From: Gammaproteobacteria bacterium
GTDB taxonomy: Bacteria > Pseudomonadota > Gammaproteobacteria > Eutrophobiales > Eutrophobiaceae
NCBI GenBank assembly: GCA_965116495.1
Contig: OZ220696.1
Span: 3,744,001 to 3,808,000, forward strand
Length of the DNA: 64,000 bases
Direction of reading: 5' to 3'
Part shown: one piece after another, positions 1-10,131 of the stretch
How the letters are laid out: the number at the start of each line of letters is the position of its first letter
Numbering within the stretch: the stretch's first letter is position 1
Program-made: the position numbers and the translations under genes
Notes under the pieces: generated by a model
The model's input: only the letters and a program-made list of their open reading frames with translations
The model's database searches: none
Told to the model about the DNA's origin: nothing

Positions 1-31
1 TCCGCAGGGACAAGCTTCACAGGAATGCCTG

Positions 32-60
32 CCCCGGCATGTCGTTAGCCGGGGACGAAC
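32..60. repeat. GC-rich palindromic repeat, copy of the 5781-5815 hairpin
   Basis: ccccggcatgtcgttagccggggacgaac is identical in both places. Confidence 0.8.
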
Positions 61-154
61 GAGAGACATCAATTTTGGTTCTGGCTTGGCCAGGTCAGGA
101 TAGATGTACTGATTTTGACCACACTTTGAATCACCCCCGGTTCTTGTATTGCTA

Positions 155-1078
155 TTATATAACTGTGTCGATGACATCTGCCAAATGAATGTTCGGCCGC
201 CATCCCAGTGCGTTCGTTAAAGGTGTGTTATCGCATACCCAGTCCTTGTGGGTAATCTCATTCACCTTACCGGGAGTGAGCATTGCAGGATAACGGAATA
301 CCCGCGCCAGCAGCAGGTTGATATGGGCCATACCTTTCAGTAACATCACGGGGACCCGGATATGGATCAGCGGGCGCTTCCAGGTGTCGCGCCCGATAGC
401 CATGATGTCCGCCCACCGGTAACCCGCGCGGGTGCCGTCATCCAGTTCGAACAGGCCGTGCACTTCCCTTGCCTGCAGCCATTTCAGAATGGCGCTGACC
501 AGGTCATCAATGTGGATAAGGCTTATCCTGGCACCGGGTATCCCCGGCCCCAGCAAAATACCCCGTCGCATCAGCCGGAACATGGGACGCATTTCCTTAT
601 CGCCGGGACCGTATACTGCGGTCGGGCGGTAAATGGTCCGAGATAATCCGCGGTAGCTGTCCGACATCAGCAGTGCCTCGGCCATCGATTTGCTGCGCGC
701 ATACCAGGAGTAGTCCGGGCACCTGGCGGCGATTGATGAAATGAGCAGAAACCTGGCTGTTGGTGAATTTTTCCGGACTGCAGCCAGCAGGTTTTCAGTT
801 CCCCTGAGGTTGACTTCCAGGAAGCCCTCCAGTGAATTGCCCCTGACCGCGCCGGCGCAGTGTATGACGGAAGTACACCCCTCGACCAGTTCAGCCAGTG
901 CGGTTTGATTGTTCAGGTCGCCGTTGATCCAGGTTACCAACCCGGAATCGGGCCTGTCGCGGCGGGTCAATGCCCGGACCGGATATCCTGATTTGTCAAG
1001 TGCGGCGAGAAGGTTTGACCCGAGAAAGCCTGTGGCTCCTGTCAGCGCCACCTGCTCCGTCATGGTCACAGCCCGCAT
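155..1078 (-). CDS. NAD-dependent epimerase/dehydratase (extended SDR); probable ceramide reductase (CerR-like)
   Basis: TGATGFLG Rossmann motif and YxxSK catalytic motif; directly downstream of the acyl-ACP synthetase, as in bacterial ceramide clusters. Start may be 1078, GTG 1069 or ATG 1063. Confidence 0.8.
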   Translation of the reverse strand: MRAVTMTEQVALTGATGFLGSNLLAALDKSGYPVRALTRRDRPDSGLVTWINGDLNNQTALAELVEGCTSVIHCAGAVRGNSLEGFLEVNLRGTENLLAAVRKNSPTARFLLISSIAARCPDYSWYARSKSMAEALLMSDSYRGLSRTIYRPTAVYGPGDKEMRPMFRLMRRGILLGPGIPGARISLIHIDDLVSAILKWLQAREVHGLFELDDGTRAGYRWADIMAIGRDTWKRPLIHIRVPVMLLKGMAHINLLLARVFRYPAMLTPGKVNEITHKDWVCDNTPLTNALGWRPNIHLADVIDTVI

Positions 1079-1231
1079 TTCTTACCAGATAATGCACCCT
1101 CACTTGTCTTTTTGCCGTCAGCGGGCACGTGCTTCCTCAACCGTAGCTACTGCTATGCTTTCGGTCGCAGGCACCCGCTGACAGCAAAAATCCTATGTGA
1201 TCTTTGCATCATCTGGTAAGAAATGCGGGCT
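1070..1231. mobile_element. MITE, family A copy 1
   Basis: Terminal inverted repeats agcccgcatttcttaccagat / atctggtaagaaatgcgggct; internal sequence shared with 10132-10460. Confidence 0.8.
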
Positions 1232-1238
1232 AAACAGA

Positions 1239-2990
1239 TTACGCGGTTTCAGCTTGTGATGTGATGGCCTGAGCCAGGTCTACCCTGTCTGTAAAGCCCT
1301 TGCGTGCGGCAACGCGGGACAACTTGCCTGATGAAGTACGCGGCAAGGTATGCGGCGCGACCAGGTCAACGTAGCAGTAAATTCCAAAACCCTCGTACAC
1401 TTTCCTCTGCAGGTGCTTGATTAACGATTGCCTGGCCGTGGCTTCCGTAAGGCGGCATTCAACCACCAGCACTACGATCTGCCGGCCGTCGTCGGCTTCG
1501 ATATCAAATGCCGAGGATTCGCCCATCCTGATTTCGTCCAGGTCCTCCGCTATCTCTTCCAGGTCCTGGGCGCGGATGTTCCTGCCGTTAACGATGATGA
1601 TGTCTTTGCGCCGTCCCGTCAGGTAGAGGTTTTGCTCGAACAGGTACCCCAGGTCACCGGTATCCAGCCAGCCGTTTTCCAGTATCACCCGGTCGGTTGA
1701 TTCCTGGTCGTTCAGGTAACCGTTCATCAGGCTGGGGCCTTTTACCAGCACCCTGCCGACGCGCAGGTCGGACAATATATCCCCGTCGTTGTCAACAATC
1801 CTGATCTCGTGATCAGGCAGGGCGCGACCGCAATTAACGATTTCATTCACCTTGCGGCTATCGGACTGTACGCGCACGGCAATGCCGCGCTCGGCCATGG
1901 TCAGCGCGTCCACGGACATGACGTCCAGGCCGCGGTCCAGTTCCGAGAACGTCGCGGCAAGCGATGCCTCGGCCAGACCGTAACAGGGCAGGAAAGCATT
2001 GGAGTTAAACCCGGTTTCAGCCATGGTTGCCGCAAACGCCTCGAATGTGCTGGAACGCAGCATCTCTGCGCCGATGCCGGCAATGCGCCAGCAACCCAGG
2101 TCAAGCTGCTGCAGGTCTGCGCTGCGAATTCTACGGGTGCAAAGTTCGTAACCGAACGGCGGCGAGAAGGCGATGGTGCAACGGTTCCTGCTGATCAGGC
2201 GCAGCCATTGCAAGGGCCGAATGGCAAAATCCCGTGTGCGCAGGTAATCCACCGACAACTGGGAGGCGATGGGACCCAGGACGAAACCGACCAGCCCCAT
2301 GTCATGGTAGAACGGCAACCAGGATGCGCAACGATCGCCGTTATGTACTTTCAGCCCGCTTCTTGTTATCCCCTGCAGGTTACTCATTACCGCCTTGCCG
2401 GTAATGATTACCCCCTGCGGGGCGCGGGTGCTGCCGGAAGTAAATTGCAGGTAGGCCGGTTCCTCAGGCCTGCTTGGCTCGAGAGAACGACCTGACGGGG
2501 TAATGTCAGACAGTTGTTCCGGTGTGCCAATCCATTCGAGTTCATCGTTATCCACGGCTGCTTCTTCAAGGAAGCTGATGAACTCTTTGTGGGCGATGGC
2601 CACCTTTGCCTTGCCGCCGGTCAGCAAGCCTTTGAGTTGTTGCACGTAAACTGCATGGCTGCCGAGGTTCAGGGGGATCGGCATGGCGAACGGGACAAGC
2701 CCGATATACTGGCAGGCAAAGAACAGTACGATGAAATCGGGGTGAGTATCGGCGACGAGCGCGATATGATCGCCGCGTTTAAGATTCAGGCTGAGAAGAC
2801 GGCGAGCCGCGAGCCTGGCTTGCTGCTGCAGATCGGGGTAAGGCAGGACGACGCTGAGCCTGCCCCGTGCATCATAAAAATTACACCCGGTAATACCTGC
2901 GGCTGCGTAGTCAAGCGCTTCAGACAGACAGGAGAAGCCGGCTAGATTTTGCGCTAGAGTATTATCAGTGGTCGTCGCTTCTCGATTCAC
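1239..2990 (-). CDS. Fatty acyl-AMP ligase / acyl-ACP synthetase
   Basis: YLQFTSGST, WLPFYHDMGL, YGLAEA, DTGDLG and PRTSSGK adenylation motifs. Confidence 0.9.
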   Translation of the reverse strand: MNREATTTDNTLAQNLAGFSCLSEALDYAAAGITGCNFYDARGRLSVVLPYPDLQQQARLAARRLLSLNLKRGDHIALVADTHPDFIVLFFACQYIGLVPFAMPIPLNLGSHAVYVQQLKGLLTGGKAKVAIAHKEFISFLEEAAVDNDELEWIGTPEQLSDITPSGRSLEPSRPEEPAYLQFTSGSTRAPQGVIITGKAVMSNLQGITRSGLKVHNGDRCASWLPFYHDMGLVGFVLGPIASQLSVDYLRTRDFAIRPLQWLRLISRNRCTIAFSPPFGYELCTRRIRSADLQQLDLGCWRIAGIGAEMLRSSTFEAFAATMAETGFNSNAFLPCYGLAEASLAATFSELDRGLDVMSVDALTMAERGIAVRVQSDSRKVNEIVNCGRALPDHEIRIVDNDGDILSDLRVGRVLVKGPSLMNGYLNDQESTDRVILENGWLDTGDLGYLFEQNLYLTGRRKDIIIVNGRNIRAQDLEEIAEDLDEIRMGESSAFDIEADDGRQIVVLVVECRLTEATARQSLIKHLQRKVYEGFGIYCYVDLVAPHTLPRTSSGKLSRVAARKGFTDRVDLAQAITSQAETA

Positions 2991-3215
2991 GATGAATAAT
3001 CCCCCGTATCGTTCTTTTTAATGCCTGTTGACAACGACAGATTTTTTTTTGGCCTATCACAAGGTCCTTCCGCAAGCATAGGATACCTAACCTGTTATTT
3101 CCAAATGTGAATTATAATCATAAAATACGCCCATTGTATATCTTTACATAGGCCAGGGTGACAAATATTACACAACCTGTAGAAAACTTCCATCTTTTTT
3201 TAACGCATGTGTTAC

Positions 3216-3662
3216 TCAGGCCGGCCACGACGACCTGAGTTCATCCCGCAGTTGATTGAAGACCGTGCTGTCAACCTCGTTATTATGCCCCAGGTCCGGC
3301 GGTCCGGGCCAGCCGGAATCGGTGAATTCCACCTGCGCATAATGACGTATTGCCGCATAACGCGGAATTACGTGAAAATGGACGTGGGGATCAACCATCA
3401 TCAACATCAGGTAGTTCAGTTTATCATACTGAAAAAGGTGCGATAATACCGTGTCGATATCATGTGTAACCCGGGCCAGTTCAGTGAACGCAGCCTGGCT
3501 GAGTTGCGAAAATGCCATTACCGGTTCGCGGGCAACCAGAACCAGGGCGCCCAGTGTTACTTGAGCGGGTCGCAGCAATACCAACCAGGTGGAATACGTA
3601 TGGATAGTCGTTTCAGGCGCCCCGAATTTCAACATGGTATCGTTCAGGGTGTTGAAAGACAT
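3216..3662 (-). CDS. HIT family nucleotide hydrolase
   Basis: HVHFHVIP histidine-triad motif. Confidence 0.88.
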   Translation of the reverse strand: MSFNTLNDTMLKFGAPETTIHTYSTWLVLLRPAQVTLGALVLVAREPVMAFSQLSQAAFTELARVTHDIDTVLSHLFQYDKLNYLMLMMVDPHVHFHVIPRYAAIRHYAQVEFTDSGWPGPPDLGHNNEVDSTVFNQLRDELRSSWPA

Positions 3663-3788
3663 ATCTGGATTCCCCGATTATTATGATAAGGCCTTGTATA
3701 GTAAACGATGATTCACAAGAGATCAAAGTTCTTTTCGGGGATGAAGCAAACCCTCCACAGGTGGAATTAACAGGAGCCGCTGTCGAGA

Positions 3789-4931
3789 ATGAAACGTAAG
3801 CCGATTGACGAAATACGGGTGGTGCCGGTGAGTAACAGGCGTCAGTTGAATGCGTTTATTCGCTTGCCCTGGCGCCTGTATGCGCAGGACTCCCTGTGGG
3901 TGCCGCCATTGAAACTCGAACGCCGGTTGCATTTGTCCTCCCTGAACCCTTATTTTGCCCATGGCCGCTGGCAGGGCTGGGTCGCCTGGCAGGGGGACCG
4001 GCCGGCAGGCCGTATCAGTGCCCAGGTTGATGAATTGCACCGCCGCCGTTACGGCGAGCAATCCGGCCATTTCGGCTTCCTGGAGTGTGAAAACAACCCG
4101 GATGTGATGCGCGCGCTGGTAGCGGAAAGCGAGCGGTGGCTGGCGCAGAACCAGACCGAGGTGGTTACGGGCCCGTTCAATTTTTCCATCAACCAGGAAT
4201 GCGGCCTGCTGGTGGACGGTTTCGATACCCCGCCGGTAATAATGATGCCCCATAACCATCGCTGGTACGCAGACCTGCTTGAACAACAGGGCTATGCCGC
4301 CGCTAAAGACCTGTACGCCTATTGGATCAGGCCCGACTTCACCATACCGCGGGTGATGCAGACCTTGGTGGACAGGTTTGGCAAGTCCGTCAGGCTGAGG
4401 GGGTTGAACCGGAAGAATTTCAAACAGGAACTGGAGACCCTGCGGGATATTTTTAATGATGCCTGGTCCGGTAACTGGGGCTTCGTCCCGTTCACCAGGG
4501 AGGAGTTTGCCGAACTAGGCACCAGTTTACGCCTGTTCGTGCCGGATGACTTTATCCGTATTGCGGAATACCGGGGGAAGGCGGTTGCATTTATCGCCAT
4601 CCTGCCCAACCTGAATGAAGTCCTGCAGGACCTGGACGGCAATTTATTCCCGTCGGGGCTGTTTAAAATTATCCGGGCATTGCGCAAACGCCGCATCAGG
4701 ACGGGCAGGATACCGTTAATGGGGGTGAGGAAAGAATTGCAGAATACCCCGTTGGGAGTTGCCCTGGCGTTACTTGTCATACATGACCTCAGGCAGCCGG
4801 TTATCGACAGGGGAATAGAAGGCGTGGAAATGTCATGGATACTGGAGGACAACCAGGGGATGCGCAGCATCCTGGACAAGATTGGCAGCAGGCTGTACAA
4901 GACTTACCGGATCTACCGGAAGCAGTTATAG
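3789..4931 (+). CDS. bcerS: Bacterial ceramide synthase-like GNAT N-acyltransferase (YghO family)
   Basis: GRISA, GHFGFLE, GPFNFSINQECGLLVDGF, FNDAWSGNWGF and EMSWILEDN motifs; cluster context. Confidence 0.78.
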   Translation: MKRKPIDEIRVVPVSNRRQLNAFIRLPWRLYAQDSLWVPPLKLERRLHLSSLNPYFAHGRWQGWVAWQGDRPAGRISAQVDELHRRRYGEQSGHFGFLECENNPDVMRALVAESERWLAQNQTEVVTGPFNFSINQECGLLVDGFDTPPVIMMPHNHRWYADLLEQQGYAAAKDLYAYWIRPDFTIPRVMQTLVDRFGKSVRLRGLNRKNFKQELETLRDIFNDAWSGNWGFVPFTREEFAELGTSLRLFVPDDFIRIAEYRGKAVAFIAILPNLNEVLQDLDGNLFPSGLFKIIRALRKRRIRTGRIPLMGVRKELQNTPLGVALALLVIHDLRQPVIDRGIEGVEMSWILEDNQGMRSILDKIGSRLYKTYRIYRKQL

Positions 4932-4956
4932 ATAATGATGAACCGTTTGTCCGGAC

Positions 4957-5757
4957 ATGCCCACTGAGCGGAAAATCGTCACCTTGCTGTTGGCCGGGGA
5001 CCGCAGCGGCGTCGATGAGGTTGCCCGCGCTGCCGGCGTCTCCTGCAAGGCACTGGCGCCGCTGGCGGGAATACCGATGATCGTGCGGGTGATCGACGCC
5101 TTGCAGGCGAGCAGGCGGATTAACTCCTTCGTACTGTGCGGTCCGGGTCCGGACGCCGTGAACGCCTGCCCGCCGTTACGGGAATTCATTGATCTCGACA
5201 ATGTCACCCGGGTCCCCGCCGGGAACAGTCTCAGCAACAGTGTGCAGGCCGGTCTGGCAAGGATCGATCCCGCCGCGCTTGTGCTGATCACGACTGCGGA
5301 CCACCCGTTGCTGGACGCCGGCATCCTTGATTATTTCCTGGACAGGGTCATTGACAGCCGCGCCGACGTTAACGTCGGGCTGGTGGAATACGGGTTGATC
5401 GAGACGGCCTGGCCCGGCACGCGGCGCACCGTGCTGAAATTTTCCGACGGCGGCTACTGCGGCTGTAACCTGTATGCACTCTCCGGTGACCGGGCAAGAG
5501 ACATAATTTCACTGTGGCAACGCATACAGACGCAGCGCAAGCAGCCCTGGCGGATGGCCCTCAACCTGTTCGGTATCGGCGCACTGGCAAAGTATGCCTG
5601 CGGCCGCCTGAGCATCCGCCAGACCCAACAGGCCATCCTCAAAACCACCGACATCGCGGTGGACTTCATCAACCTGCCCTTCCCCCAGGCCGGCATCGAC
5701 GTAGATACCCCCGCAGACAAGGAACTGGTGGAACGGATACTTGCCCCCAATCCCTAA
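4957..5757 (+). CDS. MobA-like NTP transferase / nucleotidyltransferase
   Basis: LLAG...KAL, TTADHPLL, DVDT motifs. Confidence 0.8.
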   Translation: MPTERKIVTLLLAGDRSGVDEVARAAGVSCKALAPLAGIPMIVRVIDALQASRRINSFVLCGPGPDAVNACPPLREFIDLDNVTRVPAGNSLSNSVQAGLARIDPAALVLITTADHPLLDAGILDYFLDRVIDSRADVNVGLVEYGLIETAWPGTRRTVLKFSDGGYCGCNLYALSGDRARDIISLWQRIQTQRKQPWRMALNLFGIGALAKYACGRLSIRQTQQAILKTTDIAVDFINLPFPQAGIDVDTPADKELVERILAPNP

Positions 5758-5780
5758 CCTGGCCAAGCCAGAATACCTCC

Positions 5781-5815
5781 GTTCGTCCCCGGCATGTCGT
5801 TAGCCGGGGACGAAC
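5781..5815. repeat. 13-bp-stem hairpin between convergent genes
   Basis: gttcgtccccggc-N9-gccggggacgaac; second copy at 32-60. Confidence 0.75.
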
Positions 5816-5847
5816 AAGGTTCTTGATCATTTTGCGCAACATTTTAC

Positions 5848-6578
5848 TTATAAGGGACTAACAACACTCTCGGCATTCTCCAGGTCTCTTTTAAAATCTA
5901 TCTCACACCAGCGCAGACCTCTGATACCGCAGGCGCGCACCAGTGATTGTTTAGCCAGCTCATCCACAACACTCAGGAACCATAAACGCAGACCGGTTCC
6001 CTGCTTCATCTGCCGGTCGAGGTGATCGCGGAATAGTGCCGGTCCCATTCCCCGGAAATACAGCAGGCCGATGGATTCCGCCATGGTGTGTTCATCCGGT
6101 AACGTTTTACCGATGGCCTTCACCATGGAGTCTTCCAGTTCGACCCGCATATCATCATTATCGTACCTGTCTTTGTAGTCGATGGTTAATGTGACCGGCG
6201 CCGCCGGTGAATTGAGCACAGTGTCCAGTAAAGCCGGTTCAAACAGCGTGTCTCCATTCAATAAAAGAAAATCCCCGTCCATTGCGTGACGGGCCATCCA
6301 GCAACTCGCCAGGTTGTCGGAAACACTGTAGAAGGGATTGAAAACGATGTTAATCCTGTCAGGTCAGCGCCGAAACGGTCGTTGATATGTTCCTCTATGA
6401 GCCCCGAGTTAAACCCGGTGATGATGGAAATCCTGTCGATCTTGGCCGCCAGCAGTGCCGCCACCTGCCACTCCAGTATGGGTTTGCCGGCAACGGCAAG
6501 CATGCACTTGGGGCGCGTCTCGGTCAGGGGCAGCAGTCTTTTCCCCTGGCCTGCGCTCAATATTATCGCGTTAGTCAT
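5848..6578 (-). pseudogene. Phosphocholine cytidylyltransferase (LicC)-like nucleotidyltransferase, frameshifted near 6360
   Basis: ORF 6258-6578 has AIILSAGQGKRL...PKC; ORF 5848-6297 has LLNGD and WCEID; adding one base near 6362 restores RINIVFNPFYSVSDNLASCW. Confidence 0.8.
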
Positions 6579-6662
6579 GACGTTACATTTTTACTGGCCG
6601 GTTAATTCCACACGTGAGGTGAGCAGTTTAATGAAATTTATAATACAATCAAACCGGTAAAC

Positions 6663-6761
6663 CCCGTCATTCCGGCGCAAGCTGGAATCCGGTCAATCAA
6701 TCTTGATTATTTTACAAGGAAGATTCCCTCACTGGATTCCGGCTCGCGCCGGAATGACGGG
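6663..6761. repeat. REP/RPE-like palindromic element (GTCATTCC...GGAATGAC family)
   Basis: cccgtcattccggcgc ... gcgccggaatgacggg with two internal hairpins. Confidence 0.8.
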
Positions 6762-6827
6762 AAGCTTGGACTTGACGGGGGCCTTGGACTTGACAGGGGC
6801 CTTGGATGTAAAAAGTATGCGATTGTT

Positions 6828-7916
6828 TTGAACCGTATGTCACATATTGAACGCTATATCATTCTGGAAGTTCTCAGGCCCTTCAGCTTCGTATTAATCA
6901 TCCTGGTTGCCATGTTCGCCTGTTTCAGCAGCGCAAGATACCTGGCGGAAGCGGTGACGGAGACCCTGGGTGTCTATTTCATGCTCAAGCTGGTTGTACT
7001 GAAGACGCTCATCGCCCTGGAAGTCCTGGTTCCCATTGCCCTCTACACCTCCGTCGTGATTGGCCTTGGCAGGCTGCACCAGGACCGTGAGATAGTGGCC
7101 CTCAGCGCCGCGGGTGTCGGTAACAGTCGCATTATCGGTCCGATCATCGTCATATCCATACCCATTGCCCTGGTGGTGGGCGCGCTGTCCCTTTACGGCC
7201 GTCCCTGGGCCTACCAGAACAGTTATATCCTGGATGCCACGGCCAAGGCCGACCTGAATACGGACCGGTTCCAGGCAGGACGGTTCTACGGCAACGAAGA
7301 TACCGGTACGGTTATCTACATTGCCGAAAAGGATGAGGCGAGCGGCGCGATGTCCAGGATATTTTACTATACCCGCAAGGAGGAGGTCAGTGAGATCACC
7401 GCGGCGGTGAGCGCCGGTCAGGACAGGGGCGCGGAGGACGAGAGGCTGCGGGTGTCACTCCATGACGGCTTGCAGTACAGGTTGCAGCAGGGTTCAAGGG
7501 AGGATGAAGTCATCCGCTTTGAAAAGCTGGTCAGGTATCACGAGGATCCCGAGTTGAGTATCGGTTATAAACGCAAGGCCGAGGCGACGCTCACGCTGCT
7601 CAAGTCCGACAGGCCGGAAGATATCGCCGAACTCCAGTGGCGCTTGTCCCGTCCCGTTGCCACGTTGCTGCTCGCGCTGATCGCCATACCCCTGAGTCGC
7701 TCGTCGCCCAGGCAGGGGAAAAATGAGAGGGTATTCACGGCTGCATTGATATTTGCGGTGTATTACAACCTGAACGGCGTCGCCCAGTCCTGGGTGGAGC
7801 AGGGCGTGATGGACGAGATACCTGGTGTCTGGTGGTTGCACACGCTCATGGCGCTGGTCGTGTTCATGTTCCTGTATGAAAGATTTAACCGGCGTTATTT
7901 GCAAGGATTCCGTTAG
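6828..7916 (+). CDS. lptF: LptF-family permease (paralogue inside the sphingolipid cluster)
   Basis: ERYI N-terminus, RLHQDREIVAL, AELQWRLS motif; 3+3 TM layout. Confidence 0.88.
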   Translation: MNRMSHIERYIILEVLRPFSFVLIILVAMFACFSSARYLAEAVTETLGVYFMLKLVVLKTLIALEVLVPIALYTSVVIGLGRLHQDREIVALSAAGVGNSRIIGPIIVISIPIALVVGALSLYGRPWAYQNSYILDATAKADLNTDRFQAGRFYGNEDTGTVIYIAEKDEASGAMSRIFYYTRKEEVSEITAAVSAGQDRGAEDERLRVSLHDGLQYRLQQGSREDEVIRFEKLVRYHEDPELSIGYKRKAEATLTLLKSDRPEDIAELQWRLSRPVATLLLALIAIPLSRSSPRQGKNERVFTAALIFAVYYNLNGVAQSWVEQGVMDEIPGVWWLHTLMALVVFMFLYERFNRRYLQGFR

Positions 7917-7924
7917 CGCGGACA

Positions 7925-8995
7925 GTGCCAGTGAGTATTTCTGAAAAATACCTGATGCAGCAGATCAGCGTGGGGTTGTTGATCGCGGCCGCGGTCCTGC
8001 TGCCGCTGTTCTGCTTCTTTGACCTGATTGAACAGATGGAGGATATCGGTGAAGGTTTTTACCGCGCGCAGGATGCGTTTTACATCGTCCTGTTGCTGTC
8101 GCCCAGGAGGTTGATTCAACTGCTCCCGTTTATTGCGCTGATCGGCAACGTGATTGCGCTCGGGAGGCTGGCGCTGAATTCGGAAATTATCGCCATGCGC
8201 GCGGCCGGGCTGTCACCGACGAGAATCAGCCTGGCATCCTTCAAGGTGGGCCTGTGCCTGTTGCTGTTGCTGGGGGTACTGGAGCAGTATGCCGCGCCGT
8301 ATATGCAGAACAAAGCCATCGCCCATCGTCTGGACGCCTTGAACCAGAGTGCGGAACTGGGTGCCGACCTGGGCATCTGGACACGGGATGAAAACCGGAT
8401 TTTGCGGCTTGGTGAGGCTATCCGCGCGGCCTACGTGGAGGACGTGGAGATTTTCACCCTGGATGAACAGGGTTTGCTCAGCAGCTACATCCATGCGCAG
8501 GACGCCGAGATAATCAGTAACGAAAAGTGGAGGTTGTACGACGTCACCATGAAAGAATTTACCGACACCCGGGTAAATACGACGTCTTCAGCGCGCATGA
8601 ACTGGCGCCCTTTTCTGAGTTCCGAGCAGGTTGACAAACTGACCAGACAGGCTGGAAGCCTGTCGCCGACGGATCTATACCGCCATATCCTTTACCTGAA
8701 GAAGACGGGCCAGCAACATGATGAGCTCTCACTGGCCTTCTGGCGGAAATTCGGCACCGGTCTGATCATGCTGGCCATGCTGCTGTTGTCGGTACCGTTT
8801 GTATTCGGATCGATTCGGACGGGCATCGGCTCGCGCCTGGTACTTGCCGGTATCACGGGGATCTGCGTGTACTTGCTGGACCAGATTTTATCCAACGCCG
8901 GATTATTGCTGAACATGAACCACGCACTGGTGGCGTTGTCACCCGGAATTGCGCTGATGCTGATAGGCCGCCTGTGGCTGGAGCGGGTGGCGTGA
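7925..8995 (+). CDS. lptG: LptG-family permease
   Basis: LALNSEIIAMRAAGLS and LAFWRK motifs; follows lptF. Confidence 0.88.
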   Translation: MPVSISEKYLMQQISVGLLIAAAVLLPLFCFFDLIEQMEDIGEGFYRAQDAFYIVLLLSPRRLIQLLPFIALIGNVIALGRLALNSEIIAMRAAGLSPTRISLASFKVGLCLLLLLGVLEQYAAPYMQNKAIAHRLDALNQSAELGADLGIWTRDENRILRLGEAIRAAYVEDVEIFTLDEQGLLSSYIHAQDAEIISNEKWRLYDVTMKEFTDTRVNTTSSARMNWRPFLSSEQVDKLTRQAGSLSPTDLYRHILYLKKTGQQHDELSLAFWRKFGTGLIMLAMLLLSVPFVFGSIRTGIGSRLVLAGITGICVYLLDQILSNAGLLLNMNHALVALSPGIALMLIGRLWLERVA

Positions 8996-9000
8996 AAGGC

Positions 9001-9174
9001 AATTAGGAATTACGAATTAGGAACAGGTGGACTACGTCTCTACGTGCCTCGGTTCGGCGTGCGAAAAACCTGAGGAGCATTGAAAAACCGTCGCCACAGG
9101 TGGCACATTCATTCCTAATTCCTAATTCGTAATTCGTAATTCCTAATTCCTAATTCGTAATTCCTAATTCGTAA
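9001..9174. repeat. Inverted heptamer arrays (AATTAGG/AATTACG and complement)
   Basis: 3 units at 9001-9023 and about 9 complementary units at 9112-9174. Confidence 0.85.
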
Positions 9175-10066
9175 CTATCCTCTCCCGATCCGGCTCGAAA
9201 TTCTGCGTTTCCCCGTTAAGGATAAATGACCTGATTGAGGTCAGCCAACCGTTCGAGGTCCTGGTTACCTGGTAAATATTGTAGCCTGCCCTTTTATCCG
9301 GGTTTTTGTAACTGGCGGAAGCGGACGGCACGCCGAACACCGGGATTGAGTGGGCGCCGGCCTCGAGTACTGCATGCAACTGGCGGTGCCCGTGACCGTG
9401 AACAATCAGTTCCGCGCCCGGTCCTGACAGGTTCGCCAGCAGCGCGTCCGCATCGGTTAGTCCGCGTCTGAAGCTTGATGATTGTGGACCGTGATGCAGT
9501 ACAACGATGCGGTATAAACCCCGTTGCGCGGTCGTTTCCAGCAGGTGGCTGAGGCGTCGCAACTGTTCATTGCCCAGTTTGCCGCTGGCGAGAAAGGGCG
9601 CCGTGGGTATTGCCGTTGACAGGCCGATGAGCGCCACCGGACCGCGCACCCGCAGGTAGGGAAAGGCGGCGGTGTTGTCGCGTTCACCCGGATCACCCTG
9701 CATATAGGCCCGCCAGCGTCCGGTCGTTTGGGCAAAATCGGTGGCCACGTACTGATCATGATTCCCCGGTATGATTGATACATCACGGGGCTGGCCGGCG
9801 CTGTTTAACCAGGCTTCGGTTTCCCGGCATTCATTTTCCGTGCCCAGGTGGGTAAAGTCGCCGCTGATGACCAGGTGGTCGGCCTGGTGCCGCGCCAGGT
9901 CTGCAAGAGTAAGGGACAGGACTTCCCTGCTGTGCGAGTCACGGCGCTTCAGTTTCCATGAAAGATACCCGAGAATTCGCTTGTTCAGCAAGTCCCACCA
10001 TTTGATGTGGTCCAGCGACGTCAGGTGGGGATCGGAAATGTGGGCAATCTTCAGGCTTGGATTCAC
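9164..10066 (-). CDS. Calcineurin-like metallophosphoesterase
   Basis: HISDPH, SGDFT, PGNHD, LHH and HGHGH motifs. Confidence 0.9.
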   Translation of the reverse strand: MNPSLKIAHISDPHLTSLDHIKWWDLLNKRILGYLSWKLKRRDSHSREVLSLTLADLARHQADHLVISGDFTHLGTENECRETEAWLNSAGQPRDVSIIPGNHDQYVATDFAQTTGRWRAYMQGDPGERDNTAAFPYLRVRGPVALIGLSTAIPTAPFLASGKLGNEQLRRLSHLLETTAQRGLYRIVVLHHGPQSSSFRRGLTDADALLANLSGPGAELIVHGHGHRQLHAVLEAGAHSIPVFGVPSASASYKNPDKRAGYNIYQVTRTSNGWLTSIRSFILNGETQNFEPDRERIVTN

Positions 10067-10131
10067 GTTGACGGGTTAAGAGTGTATTATCCGGGTAAAT
10101 ATTAGCACAGCACCCGGATTACAAGTTATAA

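Noticed and set aside
1239-2990. FAAL as part of a PKS/NRPS cluster
   Set aside because: No PKS or NRPS genes; neighbours fit ceramide synthesis
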